From a virus (taxonomy: Duplodnaviria > Caudoviricetes): a stretch of 25,557 nt of DNA. Below, piece after piece: positions 7,737-16,155 of this stretch. A program made the translations under genes and the position numbers. Positions within the stretch are counted from its first letter, which is position 1, and every line of letters begins with the position of its first letter. Location: positions 1-25,557 of IMG/VR virus record IMGVR_UViG_3300005955_000004, one strand, 5' to 3'. A model generated the notes under the pieces. It was not told the DNA's origin. It made no database searches and saw only the letters and a list, made by a program, of their open reading frames with translations.

Positions 7737-9350
7737 ATGGCACACAAAGCCTTTACTATCACAGAAGCATCAGATCACGAACGCGGCGTAGTAGTCGATC
7801 GTGACAAAGGCATCATTCGTGATGTCAAGATACTTGGCTTAGTATCAGAGAATAACCGAAGATATCTCCCTGAAGCAGTTAAGTCAGCCAAGCATCTATA
7901 CGAAGGCATTAAAGTAAATATCAATCACCCTGATTCAAGCAACGATCAACGGAGCGCAGAAGATAGGTTTGGAAAGCTTATCAATGTATACTTCGTCGAG
8001 GGCGAAGGCTTATACGGCGATCTGATGTTCCTGAAATCGCACCCTATGGCAGAGCGCGTATGCGAAGCTGCCGAGCGCATGACTGATGTATTCGGTCTAT
8101 CGCATAATGCGCAAGGTGACGGGGTTGATGATAAAGACGGCTGCTTCGTGATCAATGAAATCGTCAGCGTGCGGCATGTCGATCTGGTATCAGATCCTGC
8201 CACGACCAAGAGCTTGAGCGAGGCTGTCAATATGGAAAAGAAATCTATCAAAGAAGAGTCTAGAGACCCAGCCATGAAAGATATCGAAAACATCGATAGC
8301 TTTCTTTCTAAAGCAAACGCATCTATCAAAAGTCTATTGAACAATGGTATTGGAGATAAAACGGAAAGCTCCGTAAAGGCTATTCAAACGATTATTGATA
8401 AAGCTAAAGCCTCATTGCGAGCAGTAAGAAATAGCAATCTTTCTGAAGCTATCAAAACAAAGGAGTCTGATATGCCTTACGATAAAGAGATGCCAGAGGA
8501 AGAGAAAGATATCAAGCCAGTAAATGAACGCAAAGATGATATGGAAGGCGCAATAAGAGCAGCATTCTCTTCAATAGACGATATGGCGGGTCTGATTCCA
8601 CAGCTGGCTAATGACCTAAGAGCCATTGTAAAAGTTAATCCTAAAGCAGATCGATTTCTTGCACCTGCTTTCTCTTCTATGCAATCTATCAGAAGTCTTT
8701 GTGACAAAGTAAAGCAGACTGTCCAGAAGATTTACGATACATTAGAGTCTGATTCGTCAGATATGGAAGGCGATGATACCTTGGACGAGAAGCCTGTCAA
8801 AGAAGAGATCGACTCTAGTGATGTTGACGATGCTTTCATGATTGCTGCGAATCTTAGTAATCACTCGTTGAAACTGATTTCATTGCTCAAGGGCATGAAA
8901 TCAGAAGATGCCTCGCTATTTTCAAGATATATCGCCGATGGTGATGTGAAGGCTACTAGGGCGTATACTGATCTTAAGGCGCTAGCAGATAAACTTAAGA
9001 AGTTAGCCAGCCAGCTTGAATCTAAAGACGGCATGGAAGCAGACGAAGTTGATATCTTTGACGAAGAGCCGTCCGAAGAAGTAGAGCCTGATATGGAAGA
9101 GGAAGAGCTTGATAAGAAAGTACCTATGGAAAGCAAGCGTATTGTTAAGCTCTGCCATGCTAATGGTATCAAGCCAACCAAGGGCTTGCTTGAAGATTTC
9201 AAGGGCTTATCACTTGCTTCTATCAAGCGACATATTGGTCGGCTGAAGCTTGCTAGGCAATCACGCGCCCCGCGTTCTAGCGCACCTGCTAGCAGCGAGA
9301 TCAGTGAAAGCAAGATTCCAACCGATGTGTTTAGCTGGCTCCGTAGCTAA
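7737..9350 (+). CDS. Prohead maturation protease fused to scaffold, with inserted helical modules
   Basis: The N-terminal ~160 aa has N.R.Y, NHP (His), GLSH (Ser) and DLVSDPA (Asp), as in T4 gp21/herpes-fold prohead proteases. An acidic and helical C-terminal region follows; the gene lies upstream of the capsid genes. Confidence 0.85.
   Translation: MAHKAFTITEASDHERGVVVDRDKGIIRDVKILGLVSENNRRYLPEAVKSAKHLYEGIKVNINHPDSSNDQRSAEDRFGKLINVYFVEGEGLYGDLMFLKSHPMAERVCEAAERMTDVFGLSHNAQGDGVDDKDGCFVINEIVSVRHVDLVSDPATTKSLSEAVNMEKKSIKEESRDPAMKDIENIDSFLSKANASIKSLLNNGIGDKTESSVKAIQTIIDKAKASLRAVRNSNLSEAIKTKESDMPYDKEMPEEEKDIKPVNERKDDMEGAIRAAFSSIDDMAGLIPQLANDLRAIVKVNPKADRFLAPAFSSMQSIRSLCDKVKQTVQKIYDTLESDSSDMEGDDTLDEKPVKEEIDSSDVDDAFMIAANLSNHSLKLISLLKGMKSEDASLFSRYIADGDVKATRAYTDLKALADKLKKLASQLESKDGMEADEVDIFDEEPSEEVEPDMEEEELDKKVPMESKRIVKLCHANGIKPTKGLLEDFKGLSLASIKRHIGRLKLARQSRAPRSSAPASSEISESKIPTDVFSWLRS
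8460..8474 (+). promoter_or_regulatory. Candidate internal RBS and in-frame ATG for a nested scaffold protein
   Basis: AAGGAG (8460-8465), 6-nt spacer, in-frame ATG at 8472. Confidence 0.5.
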
Positions 9351-9365
9351 CGAAAGAGGTGATAT

Positions 9366-10181
9366 ATGTCTAGTACGTTTGGCGGTAGCAGATTCGTAGT
9401 GCCCGGAACTCCTAACACCACAGTGCTTCCTGTTGCTGCCGGTGGGGTAGTCACTATCGGTGACTTGCTTTACTGGACAGGGAGCTATGCCGCGCCTCTT
9501 TCTGCTATCGTAGGATCTGGCACAGCAGTGCTTGATCAAGCAACGGTAGCAGCAGCCTTTATCGGGGTAGCCCAGCAGTCGCGAATTGCTGCACAGACTA
9601 CCACTGGATATCCTGACTTTCCGATCAATGGCATCGTGATCGGTACGGATGTAATCTACGAAGCATCTTGTGCTTCTGCTACATTCGAATGCGGCGATCT
9701 TGTCGGAGCTGTATCGGCAGCAGCCGGAGCAGCTGGCGATATCAGCGACCAGTCTGTCGTAGCAGTTGCGCAAGAGAATCTTGCTATCGGCTATGTGATT
9801 CAAAAGTATAGCAGCGCGACTACGCTTGTGCGTATCAGGCTGCTAGGAAAGAATCAGGTTGCTTTCGCTAATCCTAACACGCGAGCTGTTGGTCAGTCGC
9901 AGATTGCTGGACCGGGAGTCTTAGCAGCTGGAGCGGGCACTACGCTTACAGTTGCTAGCCCTTCAATCCAAGTTGGAACGCCAACTAGCACACAGATAGT
10001 AACTCTACCTGCTGTAGCATCCAGCAAGGGCTTGATATTCTATGTGGTTAATCAAGCAGCAGCAACTCATGCTTATACGGTGAAGAATGCTGGAGCTACC
10101 ACGATTGGTTCAGTAGCAGCAACCAAGACAGGAATCTTCTTCTGTGATGGAACTGCTTGGTATGCCACTATCGGTGCTTAA
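9366..10181 (+). CDS. Capsid decoration/cement protein with C-terminal beta-rich extension
   Basis: Lies between scaffold and capsid genes; Ala/Gly/Val-rich with I..GDLL and FIGVA patterns; GAGGTG RBS; C-terminal VTLP...G....N...CDGTAW domain. Confidence 0.7.
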   Translation: MSSTFGGSRFVVPGTPNTTVLPVAAGGVVTIGDLLYWTGSYAAPLSAIVGSGTAVLDQATVAAAFIGVAQQSRIAAQTTTGYPDFPINGIVIGTDVIYEASCASATFECGDLVGAVSAAAGAAGDISDQSVVAVAQENLAIGYVIQKYSSATTLVRIRLLGKNQVAFANPNTRAVGQSQIAGPGVLAAGAGTTLTVASPSIQVGTPTSTQIVTLPAVASSKGLIFYVVNQAAATHAYTVKNAGATTIGSVAATKTGIFFCDGTAWYATIGA

Positions 10182-10193
10182 TAAGGAGCTATC

Positions 10194-11546
10194 ATGATTA
10201 GCACAATCAAGATGCGTAGCCTCTACGAATCTCGCGTAAAGCAGCAGAATGGTCGGTTTCGCTTTCTCACAGAGCTTAAGAACGGCTTAGGCTTATGTGA
10301 TAAAGACGGGAACGACTATAAAGATATGGCAGGCAATCGCGTGCTAAAGGACGCGCAGATCCGTGCGCAAGACTTTAGCCTCGCCGAGCTTTGTGAAGCT
10401 ATCGTAGGGCCAGCATGGAAGAATTACTTCAGCCCTGATAGCAATGAACTTGGGAAGTATACAGTAGCTCGCTCTTTAGTATCTTCAGCAGGTGATAGCA
10501 GAGCTCTGATTGAATCTACGGGCGTGGGCGTCGATCCTACTGCTTTCTTGAATATCAATACCTTTACGAGCGTTGTAGGCGGTCTGGTAGAGGTTAAGAT
10601 CCTCGAGGCTTTCAAGAATCCGGCCTTTATCGGCGATACGCTCTGTCCCGCAGAGCCGACTAAGCTGAACGGCCAGAAGATTATTGGCGTTAACCGATTA
10701 GGTGACCGCGCCAAGAAGCGACTGCCCGGAGAAAGCCACACTAGGGCGCAGTTTAACGAGCGATGGGTCCAAACGCCCGAGACGCGGGAAAACGCGCTCG
10801 CGGTAGATGTTTTCAAAGAAACAGTATTCTTTGACCTAACTGGCGATCTGATGAATGTCGCCAGCTCGGTTGGAGAGGAACTTGGCTATCGCCGCGAGCT
10901 TGAAATCCTCGGGCTGGTGGTCGGAGCTAGCAATAGCTTCAACTACAACGGCGTAGCATACAACACCTATAGCACTTCGTTGAATGCTCTGGGTTACTTC
11001 AATGACTTTAGCAATCAACTTACAGACTGGACAGCTATTCAAGCTGACATGCTGAAGTTTGCTAGAATGCAGGACCCCGGCACTGGCAAGCGTATCTTGA
11101 CAGTACCGAATACTATCTTGGTTAATCCAGCTAAGGTTGCGACTGCTAACCTTATCATCAATGCTACCTCGACAGAGCGCCGAACGGGTGCAGGTGCTAC
11201 GACTCCGCAGACGACTAGCAATCCTCTGAATGTATCGGTAACTGGTAGCAATCCATACTCAGGCCAGTTCACTTTGCTATCAAGCCCTCTCTTGGAGCAG
11301 GTTTGCACAGCTGCTGCTGCTGATGGTGGTCTTGCTCTTAGCCAAACTGATGCCGATGAGTATTGGTGGATGTTTGAAGCTGGCAAGAGCTTCAAGTACA
11401 TGCAGAACTATCCACTCTCCGTATCGCAAGCTGCTCCCAACCAGTACGATATGCTTGACAGGGGTATCGTAGCTAGCTACTTTGCTAACGAACGCGGTAT
11501 TCCATCAGTCTGGTCACCATGGCATATCGTCCGCAACAAGGTGTGA
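10194..11546 (+). CDS. Major capsid protein (HK97 fold, Mu gpT-like)
   Basis: 450 aa; strong AAGGAG RBS; position after protease and decoration genes; P.TILVNP and SSPLL...YWW patterns. Confidence 0.85.
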   Translation: MISTIKMRSLYESRVKQQNGRFRFLTELKNGLGLCDKDGNDYKDMAGNRVLKDAQIRAQDFSLAELCEAIVGPAWKNYFSPDSNELGKYTVARSLVSSAGDSRALIESTGVGVDPTAFLNINTFTSVVGGLVEVKILEAFKNPAFIGDTLCPAEPTKLNGQKIIGVNRLGDRAKKRLPGESHTRAQFNERWVQTPETRENALAVDVFKETVFFDLTGDLMNVASSVGEELGYRRELEILGLVVGASNSFNYNGVAYNTYSTSLNALGYFNDFSNQLTDWTAIQADMLKFARMQDPGTGKRILTVPNTILVNPAKVATANLIINATSTERRTGAGATTPQTTSNPLNVSVTGSNPYSGQFTLLSSPLLEQVCTAAAADGGLALSQTDADEYWWMFEAGKSFKYMQNYPLSVSQAAPNQYDMLDRGIVASYFANERGIPSVWSPWHIVRNKV

Positions 11547-11547
11547 T

Positions 11548-11748
11548 ATGAGTAAGGTCAAGAGTGATATCAGCGCAGAGCCTGCCAAGACGCAGGCTCT
11601 GTCCGTCTATAAAGTGTCATATCAGTATGTTCCAGCTTCATTCATTGAAGCATGGAACGAGCAAGATGCTGCTGCTAAGTATAGAGATCGATATGATCTT
11701 TCTCCGTTCCGAGATGTGAAGGTGGAGAAAACGAATGGCAGCGACTGA
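11548..11748 (+). CDS. Hypothetical protein (66 aa)
   Basis: ATG lies 1 nt after the capsid stop, a more plausible start than 11482; overlaps the next gene. Confidence 0.6.
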   Translation: MSKVKSDISAEPAKTQALSVYKVSYQYVPASFIEAWNEQDAAAKYRDRYDLSPFRDVKVEKTNGSD

Positions 11749-11950
11749 CGACCTAGGCGTAGCTATCAATCAAGTCTGTGCTATCATCAAAGATATCACA
11801 GCTAATCCGAAGCCAGACTATTCAGTCAATGGTCAATCTATATCGTGGGCTAGCTATCTCTCAATGCTGACAGAGCAAGTTAGCAAGCTTCAGCAAGCAC
11901 AACAATCTCTTGCTGGGCCGTACCAGCGTATATCGAGGATGAGGCCATGA
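11735..11950 (+). CDS. Head-tail joining protein, lambda gpW-like
   Basis: 71 aa helix-hairpin-helix pattern (PDYSVNGQSISW..YL..L); GGAG RBS; position after the capsid gene. Confidence 0.6.
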   Translation: MAATDDLGVAINQVCAIIKDITANPKPDYSVNGQSISWASYLSMLTEQVSKLQQAQQSLAGPYQRISRMRP

Positions 11951-12270
11951 ATACCGCCATTATCTCCACGACTGGCAATGCTAGCACTGTGGTGATTACT
12001 GCTGTAGCTGGAAAGCGTATCAGGGTATTGGCATATACTCTTAGCTCTTCTACTGCTGCGGAAGTGCAATGGTTTTCAGCTGCGACAGCAATTAGTGGCA
12101 AGATGCATACGGGCGCTAATGGCAATATAGCTATTCATCTTGGCGATAACTGGCCATCGGGTGGATTGCCCGTACTTCAGACAGCTGCTAGCGAGGACCT
12201 TATCTTGACGACCACCAATACAGCTGGAATCGTCGGCGGTCACCTGACCTATGTAATGGTAGCAGTCTAA
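11947..12270 (+). CDS. Small beta-rich virion structural protein
   Basis: Coupled on both sides by overlapping start/stop codons; beta-strand pattern rich in Ala, Thr and Gly. Confidence 0.55.
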   Translation: MNTAIISTTGNASTVVITAVAGKRIRVLAYTLSSSTAAEVQWFSAATAISGKMHTGANGNIAIHLGDNWPSGGLPVLQTAASEDLILTTTNTAGIVGGHLTYVMVAV

Positions 12271-12731
12271 TGGCTAACATATCAGTCGGAATTGCTCAAG
12301 CACTTTCTGATCTCGCCGGTGGCGGCACTAATGGCGGATTGAGTCAAGAGCAAGCAGCAAGATTCTTGTCTGCCGCCGCGTTGCTAGTTAACCGTCATAA
12401 AGTCATGTTAAGCAAACCTGTAGTGGCTATCCGCACGCGGAATGGTGGCAGACGCGTGATAGGACGATCAAGCCCCGGAGAGTATCCAAGAGCAGACACT
12501 GGAATGCTTCGCAATGCTATTGCAATTGATTCGAAAACGACTCTTGAAGAAGTCATGCGAACGGCTCACATCAAGATAGGAATTCGCAGGCGCGCATGGT
12601 ATGGCGCGTATTTGGAAGTCGTTTATCAGCGACTAGGTCTATCGCATACGCTTAGAAATATGCTGCCACAGTTGCAAGCCATTGCTGGAATGCCTTTACG
12701 ATTCATTACCACGCAACTTATGAGGGATTGA
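12270..12731 (+). CDS. HK97 gp10-like neck/tail completion protein
   Basis: [18 protein letters not shown] and WYGAYLE motifs. Confidence 0.7.
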   Translation: MANISVGIAQALSDLAGGGTNGGLSQEQAARFLSAAALLVNRHKVMLSKPVVAIRTRNGGRRVIGRSSPGEYPRADTGMLRNAIAIDSKTTLEEVMRTAHIKIGIRRRAWYGAYLEVVYQRLGLSHTLRNMLPQLQAIAGMPLRFITTQLMRD

Positions 12732-12732
12732 G

Positions 12733-13146
12733 ATGGCGATATTCAATAAGTTCAATTGCTTCGTATTGGATCTTGGCAGCAAGTTCCATGCTCTAGCAAC
12801 CGATACATTGACGATAGCATTGAGTGATACGGCGCCAGTTGCTACCAATACGCTGATAGCTAATATCACGCAGATCACTTATACGAATATATCATCTAGA
12901 ACAGTTACGACCACAAGCTTTCTACAAAGTAGCGGCACTGCCAAGTTGATATGTGCAGATCTAGTTTTGACCGCGTCTGGCGCGGTTGGACCATTTCGCT
13001 ATGTGGTGCTATATAACTCTTCAACCACAGCAGCAACTGGCCCTCTTATCGGCTGGTATGACTATGGCAGCTCGATCTCGCTAGCAACTAGCGAAACTTT
13101 TACGATTGACTTTGACCAGTCTAATGGTGTACTTACAATTGCTTAA
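12733..13146 (+). CDS. Virion structural protein (appendage-associated, function uncertain)
   Basis: Thr/Ser-rich 137 aa with [10 protein letters not shown] and LIGWYDYG; lies upstream of the large repeat protein. Confidence 0.55.
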   Translation: MAIFNKFNCFVLDLGSKFHALATDTLTIALSDTAPVATNTLIANITQITYTNISSRTVTTTSFLQSSGTAKLICADLVLTASGAVGPFRYVVLYNSSTTAATGPLIGWYDYGSSISLATSETFTIDFDQSNGVLTIA

Positions 13147-13157
13147 CTTTATATCTC

Positions 13158-13334
13158 ATGAGGTATTTCTCTATGCTTATGTTACTCTTGCTTGCTACGG
13201 AGCCATTAGCTTGCCAGAACGGCCAGTGCGCAAGACCTGCTGCTGCCAAGGTAGCAGTATCAAGCAAGCCTGTTGTATCTGCTGGAAAGCGTGTGCCTGT
13301 CCTAAAGTTCGGTAGCAAGATCCGTAAGAAGTGA
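13158..13334 (+). CDS. Small predicted exported peptide (58 aa), absent from the ORF track
   Basis: Hand translation: MRYFSMLMLLLLATEPLACQNGQCARPAAAKVAVSSKPVVSAGKRVPVLKFGSKIRKK*. It neatly fills the 13147-13350 gap on the coding strand. Confidence 0.7.
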   Translation: MRYFSMLMLLLLATEPLACQNGQCARPAAAKVAVSSKPVVSAGKRVPVLKFGSKIRKK

Positions 13335-13350
13335 CATAAGGTGATATAGC

Positions 13351-13791
13351 ATGGCAGAGATTGATGTAGGCAATGGCAATCAGTTTGATGCTGCTAATGG
13401 TGGTGTCACTCAAGATGAGCACGACAATACCATTGCTATCACCATAGAGATGCGCGAGACCGAAGTATATCAGTATCAGGTCAATATCAATAACTATCAG
13501 GCAGCTTTAGATAGCATGCCGAAAGAGCCATGGCCGCAGCGTCTCTTGCCATATCGTGGTATGGCAAGAGATCAATTGGCAGCAGCCATTGAAGACGATG
13601 ACGATCTAATGCTAGCAAGCCAGTTGGCCTTGCGAGATGAAGTCAGATTTCGGTTGCGAACAGAGAAGATGGAACAAGCCAAGAGCAAGATGCTGCTTGA
13701 TAGTATCATGCTATCAGTTCCAGACCAACAAGTGCTACGCGCAAGAATCTTAAGAAATAAAGAGGCAAAGAAAAACACACCTGCTGGATAA
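13351..13791 (+). CDS. Hypothetical helical protein, possible fibre chaperone
   Basis: AAGGTG RBS; helical and charged; directly precedes the propeller-repeat gene. Confidence 0.55.
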   Translation: MAEIDVGNGNQFDAANGGVTQDEHDNTIAITIEMRETEVYQYQVNINNYQAALDSMPKEPWPQRLLPYRGMARDQLAAAIEDDDDLMLASQLALRDEVRFRLRTEKMEQAKSKMLLDSIMLSVPDQQVLRARILRNKEAKKNTPAG

Positions 13792-13797
13792 TGTTAT

Positions 13798-16155
13798 ATG
13801 GCAGCAGTTGGAATAACCTTTTCTGCCACACCGTATATATGTGTCTTTCCATTCGTATCAGGAACTGGCTTTGGCACTAAATGGGCTAATCCAGCAGTAC
13901 TAGCAAACCTACCTCTGATAACACTTTCTTTTAATAGCGATACAGTTATAGCTGTAGGCAATAGCTTATCACCATTCTTTCATGCGTGGGCATTCTCTGA
14001 TAGCACTGGCTTCGGAACTAAATATGCCGCACCTTCTACGGTAGCTACCAATCCGTCATATGTATCAATCGGAGAGAATGCTGTATCGTTTGCCAATGGA
14101 GGCAGTCAGGCTAGAGCGTATGGCTGGTCGTCTTCTGGTTTCGGTACATTGTTTACCCCTAACGGCTTGCCTACTAGCGGAACAGCATTAACGTCTCTAC
14201 CTTTGAATAATAAAGTCGTGTTCGGATATCAAGGTGCGTCATCAATTCTAGTGGCACAAACGTTTGATAAAACTACTGGCTTTGACCCATTAGGCACTCA
14301 ATATACCACTAGCCCCGCCGCACCGGGGTCTCCGTTTGCTATGCAAATATCTAATGCAGGTACCTTAGCTACTGGAACCCTTAGCATCCCAACGATCTTT
14401 GCTGTGCCTTATGACCAGAATGCTATCGGTAACCCGTTTGGAACCAACTATGCCGCACCTGCTACTAGACCATTAGTTGGAACTAACCTTGGCGTAGGGT
14501 GGAGGAGTGATAGCTCTGCCATTATGTCATCGGGTGGTACCAGCCCCTATATTGCGGCACATGCCTTTACCACTGCCTCTGGTTTCGGGACTAAATTTAG
14601 CAATCCAGCATCTCTTCCGACAGCTGCTAGCGTGGGCGGCCATGCAGACGGAACAGATTGCGCGGTTGTATCTAGCACTAGAGTCGTATCAGCATACCCA
14701 CTAGGGACTACCAGTTTCGGAACTAAATATAGCGTTCCCGTGGGCATACCTGCTAGTGGCACAGCAGGTTCTATCAGATTTCGTAGGTTCGTAAATAGCT
14801 ATAGCCTAACTGCTGATACAAGAACTTATACGGTATCTGGTATAGCTGCTGGATTGCTGCGCGGACGAAAGATAGCAGCTTCGCAAGCATCATATACGCT
14901 TACTGGCAATGCTGCTACGCTAACGAAAACTGGAGTCACTGGCTATAGCATAACTGCTAGCACTGGATCATTTACGTTATCAGGCGTAGCTACTGGATTG
15001 CTTGTCGGTAGAAAGATAGCAGCTTCGCAGGTTTCGTATACGCTTACTGGTCAAGCTGCTGGATTGCTATACGGGCGAAAGCTTACAGCTAGCCAAGCAT
15101 CATATTCAGTTACTGGTATAGCTACTGGTTTGTTATTCGGCAGAAAGCTACCAGCCTCGCAAGCATCTTACTTGCTTACTGGCTCTGCTGCTGGCTTGCT
15201 AGCTGGTAGAAAGCTTGCGGTATCGCAGGCTTCATTCATATTGACCGGCTTATCAGCTGGAGCGCTGGCTGGTAGAAAGATAGCAGCTACTAGCGTTGCC
15301 TATGTCTGGTCTGGTTTCCCAGCAGATTTCACCAAGACTACTGCCAACTCTATCGTTGCTGCTACTGGCCATTTCGCAGAGACTGGCAACGATATCAATC
15401 TGCTAGCAGGTAGGGCAATCCAGTCGAGCAGCGCATCATTCACGGTTACTGGCATATCGGCTAACACCTTGGCTAATCGAAAGCTGTCAGGGGCTGTCCA
15501 GAGCTATGTGATTTCGGCTTTCAGCGCCGGGTTGATTTCTGGCCGCCGCATTTCGATCGTGGCTGGATCTTATCAGCTAACCGGGCTTTCTGTCGGTCTA
15601 GGGCTTGCGCGCGCCATAGGGGCTTCTGCGGGGCTTTATAGCTTAGTGGGCCGATCTGCCAGTTTGATATCGGGTAGGCGTCTAATATCTGATGTCCGGT
15701 CATACTTGCTGACTGGTACAAGCATCAATCTTACGAAATCGTTTATCATATCTATCGGTTCTGGGTCGTTTGCTTTAGTCGGTCGTTCTGCTTCTATCTA
15801 TACTTCGCGCTTGCTAGCTGCGAATTCAGTCGCGTTCGAGATTTCTTTCCAAGATGCTGGCTTGCTAGCTGGAAAGCTGGTATCCGCAGCAACTTCAAGC
15901 TTCGTGCTTCAGGTTTATCCAGTCGATCTAATCAGTGGCAATCGTGCTATAGTTTTAGATACAGGCATCTTCTCTGCGATATATTATGCTGCGAATCTGA
16001 CAGGGCCATTGCCGCCGATTATCGATTCGATCACTTTGGGCGTAAGCGTGATAGAGCCCATAGAGCTAGGCGAGCGCGTGATATCTTCTGTGGTTCCGAT
16101 TTCTGGATCTGGCCATTGCTTAGTTTCGGCTGCTATCAAGTCTAGGGGTTCATGA
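13798..16155 (+). CDS. Fibre/adhesin-like virion protein: N-terminal putative 7-bladed beta-propeller plus 22-aa repeat stalk
   Basis: Seven ~45-aa repeats with a (G/P/S)FGTK(Y/W/F)..P core, followed by about 18 repeats of I/L.AS..SY.LTG..A.L..GRK. Confidence 0.7.
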   Translation: MAAVGITFSATPYICVFPFVSGTGFGTKWANPAVLANLPLITLSFNSDTVIAVGNSLSPFFHAWAFSDSTGFGTKYAAPSTVATNPSYVSIGENAVSFANGGSQARAYGWSSSGFGTLFTPNGLPTSGTALTSLPLNNKVVFGYQGASSILVAQTFDKTTGFDPLGTQYTTSPAAPGSPFAMQISNAGTLATGTLSIPTIFAVPYDQNAIGNPFGTNYAAPATRPLVGTNLGVGWRSDSSAIMSSGGTSPYIAAHAFTTASGFGTKFSNPASLPTAASVGGHADGTDCAVVSSTRVVSAYPLGTTSFGTKYSVPVGIPASGTAGSIRFRRFVNSYSLTADTRTYTVSGIAAGLLRGRKIAASQASYTLTGNAATLTKTGVTGYSITASTGSFTLSGVATGLLVGRKIAASQVSYTLTGQAAGLLYGRKLTASQASYSVTGIATGLLFGRKLPASQASYLLTGSAAGLLAGRKLAVSQASFILTGLSAGALAGRKIAATSVAYVWSGFPADFTKTTANSIVAATGHFAETGNDINLLAGRAIQSSSASFTVTGISANTLANRKLSGAVQSYVISAFSAGLISGRRISIVAGSYQLTGLSVGLGLARAIGASAGLYSLVGRSASLISGRRLISDVRSYLLTGTSINLTKSFIISIGSGSFALVGRSASIYTSRLLAANSVAFEISFQDAGLLAGKLVSAATSSFVLQVYPVDLISGNRAIVLDTGIFSAIYYAANLTGPLPPIIDSITLGVSVIEPIELGERVISSVVPISGSGHCLVSAAIKSRGS
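14800..16005 (+). repeat. Degenerate ~66-bp coding tandem repeat (about 18 units)
   Basis: Best conserved at 14870-15290, where words such as gaaagatagcagcttcgca, gcttactgg and ctggattgct recur. Confidence 0.8.

Noticed and set aside
13106-13315. Cys-rich ORF (TCCCQG...ACCICWKACAC) resembling a metallothionein or RiPP precursor
   Set aside because: Its TTG start lies inside the upstream gene, and the Cys codons largely arise from GCT-rich codons read out of frame. The 13158-13334 frame fits the gap better.
14800-16005. 66-bp periodic repeats as a possible CRISPR array
   Set aside because: The repeats are degenerate, in frame and conserved at protein level, with no constant repeat plus unique spacer structure.
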